A stretch of 56,085 nt of DNA from Campylobacterales bacterium (GCA_027065125.1 JAMOOV010000043.1:1-56085); one strand, 5' to 3'; shown: positions 8,948 through 18,610, numbered from the stretch's first letter. The notes: generated from the sequence alone by a model not told the origin. Program-made: numbers and translations.

Positions 8948-10286
8948 AAAAAAGCAGATATTTGAGTGTCAAGCTTGTGGATATCAAACATCAAAATGGA
9001 TGGGCAGATGTCCAAATTGCGGAGCTTGGGAGCAAATAGTCGAACTCACCAAGTCCCAAATAGAAACTCTAAAAGAGATACATACAAGTTCAAATTACGA
9101 AAAAGCCGAACCCATTACCGAGATCAAAGAGGAGAGTATCAAGAGGTTTTCATCTCATTCAAAAGAGCTTGATATAGTGCTTGGTGGAGGTATAGTTCCG
9201 GGAAGTCTTATCCTTATAGGAGGAAGTCCTGGGGTCGGTAAATCGACCCTGCTTTTAAAGATAGCGGGGAATATAGCAAAAACAGGTAAAAAAGTACTCT
9301 ATGTAAGTGGCGAAGAGTCAAAATCACAACTAAAATTAAGAGCAAACAGACTTGATGTAAATCATCCTAAAATATATCTTTTAACTGAGATAGAATTGGA
9401 AAATATCATCAATGAAGCAAACAAAACAAGATACGAAACCATTATCATCGATTCCGTACAAACTATCTATACGAACAAATTAACGGCAGCCCCGGGAAGT
9501 GTCTCTCAAGTCAGAGAGATAACTTTTGAGCTTATGAGGTATGCAAAAGAGAACTCCATAGCTATTTTTATCATTGGACATATCACAAAAGAGGGTTCTA
9601 TCGCAGGGCCTAGAATACTTGAGCACATGGTTGATACTGTTTTGTATTTTGAAGGAGATGCTTCCAAAGAGTTAAAACTTTTGAGAGGCATAAAAAACAG
9701 ATTTGGCTCGACAAGCGAAGTTGGTATATTTGAGATGAGTTCAGGTGGACTTATCAGTGCAAACAATATATCAAAAAAATTTTTCTCAAGAGAAAATCAA
9801 GCCGCAGGTTCTGCTATAACCGTTGCTATGGAAGGTTCAAGACCTATTATACTTGAAGTTCAAGCTCTTGTCAGTGAAAGTAATTTTCCAAATCCCAAAA
9901 GAAGCACAACAGGATTTGAATTAAATCGACTAAATATGCTCCTTGCACTACTGGAAAAAAAACTGGAACTACCTTTCAATCAATATGATGTTTTCATAAA
10001 TATTTCCGGTGGCATAAAGATAACTGAAACCGCTTGTGACCTTGCCGTGATAGCTGCGATACTTAGTAGTTTTAGAAATAGACCTCTTAGCAAAGATACC
10101 ATTTTCTTGGGTGAAATCACACTTATAGGCAATATAAGAGATATATTCAACCTTGATATCAGGCTCAAAGAGGCTAAAATGCAAAATTTTACAAAAGCTA
10201 TCGTTCCAAGAAAACCGATAGAGCAAATAGATAATTTAAAGTGTTATGAAGTAAAAGAGGTTGCAAAACTTATAGATTGGATGTAA
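8940..10286 (+). CDS. radA: DNA repair protein RadA
   Basis: Zinc finger 'CQACGY..CPNCGAW', Walker A 'GGSPGVGKST', 'KNRFG', and a Lon-like C-terminus. I chose the ATG at 8940 ('MAKKKQIFEC'), which overlaps the ftsY stop by 8 nt, rather than the track's 8883. Confidence 0.93.
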   Translation: MAKKKQIFECQACGYQTSKWMGRCPNCGAWEQIVELTKSQIETLKEIHTSSNYEKAEPITEIKEESIKRFSSHSKELDIVLGGGIVPGSLILIGGSPGVGKSTLLLKIAGNIAKTGKKVLYVSGEESKSQLKLRANRLDVNHPKIYLLTEIELENIINEANKTRYETIIIDSVQTIYTNKLTAAPGSVSQVREITFELMRYAKENSIAIFIIGHITKEGSIAGPRILEHMVDTVLYFEGDASKELKLLRGIKNRFGSTSEVGIFEMSSGGLISANNISKKFFSRENQAAGSAITVAMEGSRPIILEVQALVSESNFPNPKRSTTGFELNRLNMLLALLEKKLELPFNQYDVFINISGGIKITETACDLAVIAAILSSFRNRPLSKDTIFLGEITLIGNIRDIFNLDIRLKEAKMQNFTKAIVPRKPIEQIDNLKCYEVKEVAKLIDWM

Positions 10287-10313
10287 TTTTTATAGTTAAT
10301 TTTATTATTTTTT

Positions 10314-10322
10314 TGATATAAT
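10314..10322 (+). promoter_or_regulatory. Extended -10 promoter TGATATAAT upstream of the 96-aa ORF
   Basis: Exact TGnTATAAT, 38 nt upstream of the ATG at 10360. RBS is AAAGGTAG. Confidence 0.45.
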
Positions 10323-10359
10323 TTTTTTGTGACAAAAAATATAACCGCAAAGGTAGAAT

Positions 10360-10650
10360 ATGAGTAGAAAAAAAGCTTGTATAGAAGCTTATCATGAAAT
10401 GGAAGAAAGATATGCGATGTTGGAGATTAGATTTTTTACGGAGGAGCAAAAATCTCAAATCAAAAAAGTTTTAGCCGATAGCATAAAACAGTATCAACTT
10501 TCTCCTGAAATTGTAGTGGAATATGATGATAATGATAATACTCATGGTATGTATATCATAGAATTTCATGATGATTACGATAGAGAATCGGGTGATTTTT
10601 TTGAAAAAATCATAAAAGATCTTGATATCGGAAAATGTACCTTGGATTAA
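10360..10650 (+). CDS. Hypothetical small acidic protein (96 aa)
   Basis: ORF with its own promoter-like box and RBS. I recognise no motif. Confidence 0.4.
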   Translation: MSRKKACIEAYHEMEERYAMLEIRFFTEEQKSQIKKVLADSIKQYQLSPEIVVEYDDNDNTHGMYIIEFHDDYDRESGDFFEKIIKDLDIGKCTLD

Positions 10651-10675
10651 TAAAAAATAGTTTCAAAAATTGTTC

Positions 10676-10702
10676 TAAAATATTTTAAAAAATAACCGAT
10701 AT
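10676..10702 (+). promoter_or_regulatory. Sigma-28 (FliA)-type promoter candidate for fliL-acpS
   Basis: TAAAATAT-N11-ACCGATAT compared with the consensus TAAAGTTT-N11-GCCGATAA (6/8 + 6/8, correct spacing), about 30 nt upstream of the fliL ATG. Confidence 0.4.
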
Positions 10703-10731
10703 TATCTTATATCAAATCAAAAGGGAATATT

Positions 10732-11268
10732 ATGGCGGAAGAAGAAAAAAATGAAGAAAAAGCACCACAAAAATCAAGCTCAAAACTTGTTTTAATTATA
10801 ATCATAGTTTTACTTGTATTAATACTTGTAGGTGGTGGCTTAGCCGCATACTTTTTACTTGGAGACAATTCGGATCAACAAAAAAATAATGAGCAATCTC
10901 AAGCTCAAACTCAAGCCAAACAGACAAAAAAAAGAAATATTGCAAGAAATTCTGACTTGATGCAAATTGGTCCGATTTATCCACTTGATCAATTTATTGT
11001 CAATTTACTAAGTGAAAATGGTGCAAGATTTTTAAAGATAAAGATGGATCTTGAGCTAAGCGGACAAGAACTTACCGCTGAACTTGACAAGAAAAAATCT
11101 CTAATCAGAGATATAGTCATAAGAACTCTTACTTCTAAAACTTTTCAAGAAGTTAGCACCGGTAAAGGTAAAGACAAATTAAAAGATGAACTTGTCGATA
11201 GGATAAATAGTGTTCTTGCCGACGGTAGTATAAGAAACATATTTTTTACCGAATTTGTCGTACAGTGA
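10732..11268 (+). CDS. fliL: Flagellar basal body-associated protein FliL
   Basis: Single TM helix, then 'PLDQFIVNLLSENGARFLKIKMDLEL'. This is typical FliL. Confidence 0.85.
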   Translation: MAEEEKNEEKAPQKSSSKLVLIIIIVLLVLILVGGGLAAYFLLGDNSDQQKNNEQSQAQTQAKQTKKRNIARNSDLMQIGPIYPLDQFIVNLLSENGARFLKIKMDLELSGQELTAELDKKKSLIRDIVIRTLTSKTFQEVSTGKGKDKLKDELVDRINSVLADGSIRNIFFTEFVVQ

Positions 11269-11648
11269 TGATCGGTATAGACATAGTTGACATAAGAAGA
11301 TTTAAAAAATTTTATCAAAAGTTTAATACAAAAGCCTTAGAGAGATTTTTAAATAAAGATGAGATAGTTTTGTCAAACCTCAAGATAGAAACACTTGCTG
11401 GTTTTTTCGCTTCAAAAGAGGCTGTCTCTAAAGCTCTTGGAACCGGCATCGGGAAAGATTTGGGATTTCACCAGATAAGATTGTATAAAAGCGATCAAAA
11501 TGCACCCTATTTTACACTTCCTCGCTCTATAATTGAAAAATATGACATAGTCGAAAGCTCCCTGTCAATAACACACGAAAAAGAGTATGCGATAGCCGTA
11601 GTATATATAAAGTCAAATACAAATACTCAAAAAAAACTTTATCATTAA
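11265..11648 (+). CDS. acpS: Holo-[acyl-carrier-protein] synthase
   Basis: 'MIGIDIVDIRRF...FASKEAVSKALG' and a length of about 125 aa. Confidence 0.9.
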   Translation: MMIGIDIVDIRRFKKFYQKFNTKALERFLNKDEIVLSNLKIETLAGFFASKEAVSKALGTGIGKDLGFHQIRLYKSDQNAPYFTLPRSIIEKYDIVESSLSITHEKEYAIAVVYIKSNTNTQKKLYH

Positions 11649-12700
11649 TCTTTTCTGAAGATTACACACTTAAATCTTTCTCCCATAAATGAGGGGTCTA
11701 TGAGATATTTTACTTTATTCAGCTCTTTTAGATAACTCTTTTGCCCACCTCTGTTTTTAACTATTTCAAGCAAATCCAAAAGTCCGAACTCCACTAAAGC
11801 TTTTAACTGAGTCATATATGATAATGTTTTAATATTTGCCTCCAAAAAAGAGTCTATAAGATGAGAAAAATTTACATCATAAGTTATATCGCTAATTTTA
11901 TATAAAGATTGCAAATTTTTCTCTTTTGTTAAATTTTTATCCTCTACAAAATGTGTCAAAGAGAAAAACGGATACACTTTATGTTTATCGTATATCCTCA
12001 ACGAAAAATCATTTCTAACCAATTTATCACCATAGTCAAAAGTTACAAATTCAAATTTTCCTATACTTTTATATAAATTTAAAGCAAATTCTTCATATCC
12101 TTTTGCAATTTCACCCTTTTTTATAGTATATCTTTTAGATATAGTTTCGGTATATTTATCTTGTTTATCAAAATATGAATCAAATTTTTTCATATAAAGC
12201 ATCTTATCATCTTTAATTACTTCACAAGCAAATGCATCAAATATTTCATTTGCAACAACAAATGCCGAAGGCAAAGACATATCTTCAAAATTAGAAAAAA
12301 TTTTTAATTCAATCCTGTTGCCAAAAGAGTTTTTAAAATAATCTCTTTGTACAGTATGTAGCTCAACTCTGGGTTCAAGTATGGCAAAATTTAAACTGTC
12401 AAACAAATCCTCGTCAATCGTATAGATAAATTGAGCTATATCAGCAAGTAGATATCCTTTGTGAGCTCCGATTTCCAATATCGTAGTATCTTTATGCAAA
12501 TATTTATCTTTTATTATTTTTATAAGTCTATTCGCAATAGAACCGCCAAAAAATGACGATGCACTCACCGCTGTAAAAAAATCGCCCTCTTTTCCTATAT
12601 CTTTATAGGAGCTATAATACCCCTCTCTACCATAGAGCCAATCCTGCATAAAATCACTAAATTTGACACCTTTTTCTTGACTATTTTTGCAAATGTTCAT
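11645..12700 (-). CDS. SAM-dependent methyltransferase, MidA/DUF185 family
   Basis: 'FSDFMQDWLYGREGYY', 'DFFTAVSAS..FG' and 'ILEIGAHKGYL' resemble the MidA family. Confidence 0.65.
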   Translation of the reverse strand: MNICKNSQEKGVKFSDFMQDWLYGREGYYSSYKDIGKEGDFFTAVSASSFFGGSIANRLIKIIKDKYLHKDTTILEIGAHKGYLLADIAQFIYTIDEDLFDSLNFAILEPRVELHTVQRDYFKNSFGNRIELKIFSNFEDMSLPSAFVVANEIFDAFACEVIKDDKMLYMKKFDSYFDKQDKYTETISKRYTIKKGEIAKGYEEFALNLYKSIGKFEFVTFDYGDKLVRNDFSLRIYDKHKVYPFFSLTHFVEDKNLTKEKNLQSLYKISDITYDVNFSHLIDSFLEANIKTLSYMTQLKALVEFGLLDLLEIVKNRGGQKSYLKELNKVKYLIDPSFMGERFKCVIFRKD

Positions 12701-13874
12701 ATAAACCTAACAATAAAATATTTATATCATTTTGATAAATGTATTTATCTATTTTTGTATTTTCAAGAGAATTTCTCATAGTATCAACATCAGATATAGT
12801 CTTTTCTCCACCTTTAAATAAATCTTTTGTAGTTTCAAGCAATGATTTATAAAGTTTTTCTTGTTTTTTTGCCAGTTTGATTTTTCTTTTATAAATTTTG
12901 ACTTTTTTTACTATTGAATCATACAACTCCATTTCACTTTTTTTCTTATCTTTTAAATCCAATTTCGATTTTAAATATTTTAACTCTTGTAGTTCAATAT
13001 TTTTTTTTCTATTAATGTCAAAAATAGGCATTGATATGGATATGCCATACTGTTTGTATGAATCTTTATTAACTTTGATATAATCTGTTCTATTGCTATT
13101 GTAACTTGCAAAGAGTGATATGGTTGGAAAATAGCTTGAAATTCTCATCTTTTTAAGATAATTCAACTGTTTTTGATTGGATATTTGATCTTTCAAAACT
13201 AAGTTGTTTTTTAAAAATGTTGTTAAATTGATCAAATCAAGACAAGGTAACTCAACCTTCTTATAATCCATAGAACTCAATGTTTTAAAGTTTTTCAACA
13301 TATCTATTTTTGAAGAAATCATATCTAAAAGAGAAATTTCTAAAGAATTTTTCTTCAAAATTGCATTGTCAAGAAAACTACTATCAATAACTCCGCTTAA
13401 ATACTGTTCTTTTTTTCTTGCGATATCTATTTTGGCATTTTCTATCAAAAATCTCTGTTTTTTTATCTTCAAATCGATACTTTTCAAGTTCAATATAGCA
13501 AGATATACATTTGTAAGCATTGATTTTTCTTTTAAAGAGGTGGCAAATTGCAAATACTCCCTATTTACTTTGGCATACTGTATAGCATAATATATACCAC
13601 CGCTTTTAAATATCGGCTGATTTAATGATATTGAAAAATTATCCGTCGTTTGTTTTGGAGAAGTTCTATCGCTTTTTGTATGCGACAAAGAAGCATTTAT
13701 CGGATTTATCCAATCAAACTCCAATATATCACTACTTTTTATATTTTGCATCTGTTCATTTTTTATAATATCTTTTTTTGTTTTCGATAATACTTCATTA
13801 TTACCATCTGCATAAATATTTATCGCAATAAACAGACTAAACAATACTTTAAAAACATTTTTCAAGTCTTTCAA
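12681..13874 (-). CDS. TolC-family outer membrane efflux protein
   Basis: Signal peptide, about 400 aa, with two coiled-coil/beta repeats typical of OEP proteins. Confidence 0.7.
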   Translation of the reverse strand: MKDLKNVFKVLFSLFIAINIYADGNNEVLSKTKKDIIKNEQMQNIKSSDILEFDWINPINASLSHTKSDRTSPKQTTDNFSISLNQPIFKSGGIYYAIQYAKVNREYLQFATSLKEKSMLTNVYLAILNLKSIDLKIKKQRFLIENAKIDIARKKEQYLSGVIDSSFLDNAILKKNSLEISLLDMISSKIDMLKNFKTLSSMDYKKVELPCLDLINLTTFLKNNLVLKDQISNQKQLNYLKKMRISSYFPTISLFASYNSNRTDYIKVNKDSYKQYGISISMPIFDINRKKNIELQELKYLKSKLDLKDKKKSEMELYDSIVKKVKIYKRKIKLAKKQEKLYKSLLETTKDLFKGGEKTISDVDTMRNSLENTKIDKYIYQNDINILLLGLYEHLQK

Positions 13875-15018
13875 ATCCCTTTTCTATTTCATCTTTAGTG
13901 ATTGTTAAAGGTGGTAAAAATCTAAGAGTATTTCTACCTGCTTTTAAAACTAAAACTCTATTTTCAAAAGCTTTATCGACTATTTTCGCTAAATTTTCAG
14001 CACTATTTATCCTAAGACCTCTCATAAATCCAAGTCCGACGGATTTTATCACTATATCGCTATGTTTTTTTGCAAATGCATTCAATTTTTCACTAAAATA
14101 GAGCATAACTTCATCAAGCAAACCGCTGTCTTTATACTCTTTGAGAATATCTAAAACACTAAGTCCTGCCACACTTGATAGATAATTTCCTCCAAATGTG
14201 CTGCCATGATCACCGGGAGAAAATATATCTTTTAAATTTGTCATAACACATCCTACAGGCACACCTCCGCCGAGACCTTTGGCTATCGTTATAATATCTG
14301 GTTCTATTTCATAAAGATTTGAAGCAAATATTTCACCTGTTCTATAAATACCGGTTTGCACTTCATCCGCAATAAGTAAAATATCTTTTTCTTTTAAAAA
14401 CTTTGATAATTTATTTATTTTCAATCTATCTTGCGGTTCAACACCACCTTCACCTTGAACAAGTTCTATCATAACAGCAACAGTTTTATCATCGCATAAT
14501 TTTTCAATCTCATCCAAATCTTCCGCATACACAAAACCATCTGGATATGGTCCGAAAAAGTTGTGCATCTTCTCCTGTCCGGTTGCTTTTAAAGATGTGA
14601 TTGTTCTGCCATGAAATGAATTTTTTAGTGTTATTATCTTATATCTTTTAGGCTCTCCCTCAACCTCTCCATATTTTCTTGCTATTTTTATTGCTCCTTC
14701 ATTAGCTTCCGCTCCGCTATTTGCAAAAAAGGCTCTCATATCATATCCGCTTAGCTCCATAATTTTTTTTGCAAGTTTTGCTTGTGGTTTTATCATAAAT
14801 AGATTTGATATATGTATGATTGCTTTTGATTGAGAGCAAATAGCATCAGACAATTTATCATTGCCATGACCGACACTAACGACACCTATGCCACTTGTAA
14901 AATCTATATAATCATTCCCTTTATCATCAAATATCGTAGCATTTTTACCATGTGTAAAATCGATATATTTTCTTCCGTAAGTATGCAAAACATACTCTTT
15001 GTCTATCTTTTCATACAT
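13849..15018 (-). CDS. argD: Acetylornithine aminotransferase (class III aminotransferase)
   Basis: 'NSGAEANEGAIKIARKY', 'LIADEVQTGIYRTG' and 'DIITIAKGLGGG'. Confidence 0.9.
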   Translation of the reverse strand: MYEKIDKEYVLHTYGRKYIDFTHGKNATIFDDKGNDYIDFTSGIGVVSVGHGNDKLSDAICSQSKAIIHISNLFMIKPQAKLAKKIMELSGYDMRAFFANSGAEANEGAIKIARKYGEVEGEPKRYKIITLKNSFHGRTITSLKATGQEKMHNFFGPYPDGFVYAEDLDEIEKLCDDKTVAVMIELVQGEGGVEPQDRLKINKLSKFLKEKDILLIADEVQTGIYRTGEIFASNLYEIEPDIITIAKGLGGGVPVGCVMTNLKDIFSPGDHGSTFGGNYLSSVAGLSVLDILKEYKDSGLLDEVMLYFSEKLNAFAKKHSDIVIKSVGLGFMRGLRINSAENLAKIVDKAFENRVLVLKAGRNTLRFLPPLTITKDEIEKGFERLEKCF

Positions 15019-15148
15019 TTCAACCTCTTTTATCTGTTTTTGTTATTATTTCTAATGAATAAATTAATAGATTATCTCAAAAAATCGTTTATATCTTGAT
15101 AAAAATAGATATTAACCTCAACTAAATCTAATCTTAAAGAAATCAATG

Positions 15149-15194
15149 CACAGTAAAAACCTATTGATATTGTGGAGGAGGGGGTGTTTCTGTG
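15149..15194 (-). ncRNA. Candidate structured RNA hairpin (possible small RNA terminator stem with a C/U-rich loop on the minus strand)
   Basis: Stem cacag(t)aaaaacc / ggtgtttctgtg, with one bulge and one mismatch. The 21-nt loop reads CCCUCCUCCACAAUAUCAAUA on the minus strand. The element is a locally G+C-rich patch in a 291-nt AT-rich intergenic region. Confidence 0.2.
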
Positions 15195-15260
15195 AGGCGG
15201 TTTCTTAGAATTTGCTTACTAAAGCATAGAAACAAAATTTATAGATTTTAAGGTTTTGTT

Positions 15261-15269
15261 TGATACAAT
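15261..15269 (+). promoter_or_regulatory. Extended -10-like box TGATACAAT upstream of the adaptor gene
   Basis: TGnTAnAAT, 41 nt upstream of the ATG at 15310. A GGAG RBS is present. Confidence 0.35.
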
Positions 15270-15309
15270 TAAAATAATAGGATAATCTACTTTATGGAGC
15301 TACATAAAA

Positions 15310-16305
15310 ATGTCTTGTAAAAAACTTTATTTTCAATTATTCTCTTTTTTAGCTTTGTTAGTTTTTGTTGGAGGTTGTGCAAAAACACAAGAGGAAAAAG
15401 AACTCAAAAAAACCGAAAATAATATCAGTATCAGGATAGAAGGAGCTGTGTTTCCATATAAAAAGCAAGATATCATATCGTCCGTAGCCGGATATGTGGA
15501 AGATATCTATGTCAAAAACGGAGATAGAGTAAAAAAGGGAGATAAGATCTACTCTCTCGATAAAGAGTTGATTCAATTGGATATAGACAATAAAAAGATG
15601 GAGATAGTCTCCCTAAAGCAGATAAGAGATCACTTAATGAACAAAAGTAGTGTTGATGGAAGTGTTCCGGCGATCAATCTTGCGGCAATGGAGCTTAAAA
15701 AAGTGGCACTTCTTAGAGCCAAAGGTTATGCAAATGAGTTTGAAGAAAACAAGTATAAAAAGAATTATATAAACACCCTTAATAGCGGCAACAATAGCAA
15801 CAATTACGAAAAAATAAAAAATCTAAACAAACAGATAACAACTGCCGAAATAGATCTTAAAAAGTTGAAATATAAGTTAAAGCATGCGGATGCTTATGCA
15901 CAAATAGATGGATTTGTGGCCGATTTTCATCTCAATAAAAGGGAATCTATAGGAGTAAATAGAAAAATATGTACTATTGTTGATCTTGATAAAGTTATTG
16001 TCAAGGCCGGTTTTTCCACTGGACTATTGCCTTTTATATATAAAGGGGAACAAATAAGTATAAATTTCGTAACTACACCTCCATATAACACTTCATCCAC
16101 TATAACTCAAGTCAATCCTATAGTCAATCCTTCATTCGATAGAATGACCATAGAGACCGTTATACCGAATAAAAGTTATATATTACAAGAGGGGACAAGA
16201 GCTTTAGTAACAATTCCGTTATCCAAAAAGGGGCAAGAAGAGGTTAGAAAATATTTTCTCAACAATAAAAAAGATACAACACTTGAGATAAAATCTAAAA
16301 TCTAA
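15310..16305 (+). CDS. HlyD/MFP-family efflux periplasmic adaptor lipoprotein
   Basis: Lipobox 'VGGC', lipoyl-like 'GYVEDIYVKNGDRVKKGDKIYSLD', and a coiled-coil middle region. Confidence 0.7.
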   Translation: MSCKKLYFQLFSFLALLVFVGGCAKTQEEKELKKTENNISIRIEGAVFPYKKQDIISSVAGYVEDIYVKNGDRVKKGDKIYSLDKELIQLDIDNKKMEIVSLKQIRDHLMNKSSVDGSVPAINLAAMELKKVALLRAKGYANEFEENKYKKNYINTLNSGNNSNNYEKIKNLNKQITTAEIDLKKLKYKLKHADAYAQIDGFVADFHLNKRESIGVNRKICTIVDLDKVIVKAGFSTGLLPFIYKGEQISINFVTTPPYNTSSTITQVNPIVNPSFDRMTIETVIPNKSYILQEGTRALVTIPLSKKGQEEVRKYFLNNKKDTTLEIKSKI

Positions 16306-17711
16306 TTTATCGCATTATATAGATAGACTCGACCGAGAGGAAGAGGCTGTTTTGTAAAAATATCTCTTTGAAAGTCAAGCTTTACGGTTAGAGAACTGCT
16401 TGAGCCGCTTTTTAGCCAGCTATCGTTATATGCATCATAAATGTATCTATTTTTGGGTATATATTTGGATTTGATAGTTAAAAAAATCCTATCTTTATGA
16501 GGATTTACTACAAGCACGAAACCTTTCGTATAAAATCTAACATATCCGTCTATAGCTCCTATCTTTTCATAACTCTCTCCGAGCACTTTTCCAAGATCAT
16601 AAAAATATATATCATCTCTCTCCAATCTTTTGTCAAATGTAACTTCTGCATAAACGATATTATCGGTCAATTTTGCCATAGCATAACTAAAATATATGCC
16701 GTTTTTAGGCTTTTTCAGTCTATATACGGGAAAAGAGGGATAGACCTTTTCATACTCCGGTGCAAGATAATTGAGATATATAAAGTTTTTAAATCCGCTC
16801 TTTTTATATCTTTTCTTATATTTTGTCAGCAGATTTATAAAGTGTAGTGAGTCTTTTATACCCGTCGAATCCTTATATATGGGAAAATAGTTTGTAACCT
16901 TAAAATTATCAACCCATCCTCTTCCCTCTATTCGTATCTTTTTACCACTTTTTTTATCGGTAGTTATATAGCTCTCCGTCATATCGTAAGTTATATATTT
17001 AAGCAGATATTTTTCATTTCTAAATGCTTGATTGGTTACGAAAAAAATCCCCTTATCTTTTAATTTCTTATAAAATTTTCCGACTTGTTTGACATATATC
17101 TTTTGGGGATGCCTTTTTTTAAATGTTTCGTGCATCTTTTTAAATTTTTTACTTTTTATAAAAATACCCGGTGCCCAGTCAAAAAACAATCCGTTAAATC
17201 CGCTTTTTTTCATACTTTGACAAAGATCATCCACTCTCTTATTTAAAAGATCCTCGTTGCCCCAATCGTAAAAATAGTCCCTACACCAGTCATAACCGTT
17301 CTCCTTGCAGTGTATAAAAGGACCATCAGGATTTAAAGTGGTGGTAAATCTATTTTTATAGAGCCATTTAACAAACTCCCTATTGTTTCCGCTGGTATAG
17401 TAGTAAAAAGCGGGCATCCAATCGTAACCTATATGATAGGGAATATTTAATATACCTCTTTTTTTTAGAAAATCTTTTGTTGCTTTAGGATTGTCAACTC
17501 CGCCCATTTCGACTATCTTGAACTTTTTAGCCCAATTTAAAGCATCTTGATCGCTAAGAGCGGAGACAAGAGCATAATCGCCCATTTTTTTATCTACTCT
17601 CAATCCTTTTACATCATTATACACTCTATATGAGCTTTCGTCGCTTTTAAAAGAGACCACATCTTCGCCGTAGAGAGAAAAAAGAGTAAAAAATAGTAAA
17701 AATAGCTTCAT
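16302..17711 (-). CDS. Secreted TIM-barrel glycoside hydrolase-like protein (GH114 / PelA-hydrolase-like), last gene of the EPS operon
   Basis: Signal peptide. 'SGFNGLFFDWAPG' and 'GIFFVTNQAF...YDMTESY' resemble the GFDGvfLD and xxQNg...E blocks of endo-alpha-1,4-polygalactosaminidase-type enzymes. Confidence 0.4.
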   Translation of the reverse strand: MKLFLLFFTLFSLYGEDVVSFKSDESSYRVYNDVKGLRVDKKMGDYALVSALSDQDALNWAKKFKIVEMGGVDNPKATKDFLKKRGILNIPYHIGYDWMPAFYYYTSGNNREFVKWLYKNRFTTTLNPDGPFIHCKENGYDWCRDYFYDWGNEDLLNKRVDDLCQSMKKSGFNGLFFDWAPGIFIKSKKFKKMHETFKKRHPQKIYVKQVGKFYKKLKDKGIFFVTNQAFRNEKYLLKYITYDMTESYITTDKKSGKKIRIEGRGWVDNFKVTNYFPIYKDSTGIKDSLHFINLLTKYKKRYKKSGFKNFIYLNYLAPEYEKVYPSFPVYRLKKPKNGIYFSYAMAKLTDNIVYAEVTFDKRLERDDIYFYDLGKVLGESYEKIGAIDGYVRFYTKGFVLVVNPHKDRIFLTIKSKYIPKNRYIYDAYNDSWLKSGSSSSLTVKLDFQRDIFTKQPLPLGRVYLYNAIN

Positions 17712-18610
17712 TTTTTTACCAAATCCTTTATTTTTATATCTTTTGCTACAAGAAATATATAAAACATTATAAGATCAATGCCAAATATCAATATATGATA
17801 CAGAGTCGCACTAATAAGTGCATCGGTCTTATCCACTCCATATTTTGTCAAAAAAACCACAATCGCACCCTCAAAAGTACCCACTCCCGCCGGTGTCAAA
17901 GGTACACTCAAAGCGATAGTGGAAAATATAAAAAGCTCCAATATATCTTTAAAATCAAGATTAAAATCGACACTATATTTGAAAAAGATTATATTGCTAA
18001 CAAGATAAAAAAACCATAATAGTATAGTATAGAAAAATGCGGTATACGGAGTTTTTAAAAGTCTATTGATATTTTTATATATCTTTTGCCCATAGATTTT
18101 AACTATCCTTACTGGTATCTTTTTTATCATATTTAAGACTCTTTTGGAGTTGAAAAATATGATTATTAAAAAAATTGAAGCGGAGAGAACTATTACGGAG
18201 TTTTTAACTATCTCGTTTGAAAAGTAGCAATAGACCCATAAACACATTAACAAAAATAGAACTATCACATCAAAAAATCTCTCTATAAATATGATGGATA
18301 CACTTTTGTGATAACTGTATCCGTAAAATTTTTTTAGATAAAAAGCTTTCGAAAGTTCTCCGAGCCTTGCCGGAAGCAGCATATTTAAGGTACTTGAAAC
18401 GATAATGGTCTCCAAAGATATTTTCAGATTCAAGCCGCTCATTGCCATCCATCTAAAAGATAGCACTATTTGAGATATAACGATAGAAATCGTTGTCCAA
18501 AAAACTCCCCAAAAAGAAAAAATTGTAAAATCGATTTTACCGACATCCACACCCTTTAAAAGATAGGCGACTATCGCTAAAAATATGACGGTTTGTATGA
18601 GTTTATTCAT
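17708..18610 (-). CDS. Flippase-like domain protein (UPF0104 / lysyl-phosphatidylglycerol-synthase TM-region family), copy 2
   Basis: About 8 TM helices and about 300 aa. 'PARLGELSKAFYLK' and 'PLTPAGVGTFEGA' are typical of this family. Confidence 0.6.
   Translation of the reverse strand: MNKLIQTVIFLAIVAYLLKGVDVGKIDFTIFSFWGVFWTTISIVISQIVLSFRWMAMSGLNLKISLETIIVSSTLNMLLPARLGELSKAFYLKKFYGYSYHKSVSIIFIERFFDVIVLFLLMCLWVYCYFSNEIVKNSVIVLSASIFLIIIFFNSKRVLNMIKKIPVRIVKIYGQKIYKNINRLLKTPYTAFFYTILLWFFYLVSNIIFFKYSVDFNLDFKDILELFIFSTIALSVPLTPAGVGTFEGAIVVFLTKYGVDKTDALISATLYHILIFGIDLIMFYIFLVAKDIKIKDLVKK

Noticed and set aside
15169-15207. Strong GGAGGAGGGGG 'Shine-Dalgarno' followed by mini-ORFs (GTG TTT CTG TGA; or TTG-started LWRRGCFCEAVS)
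   Set aside because: The reading frames are only 3-12 codons long and lack a credible start context. The G-rich run is better explained as part of an RNA hairpin; see the sRNA finding.
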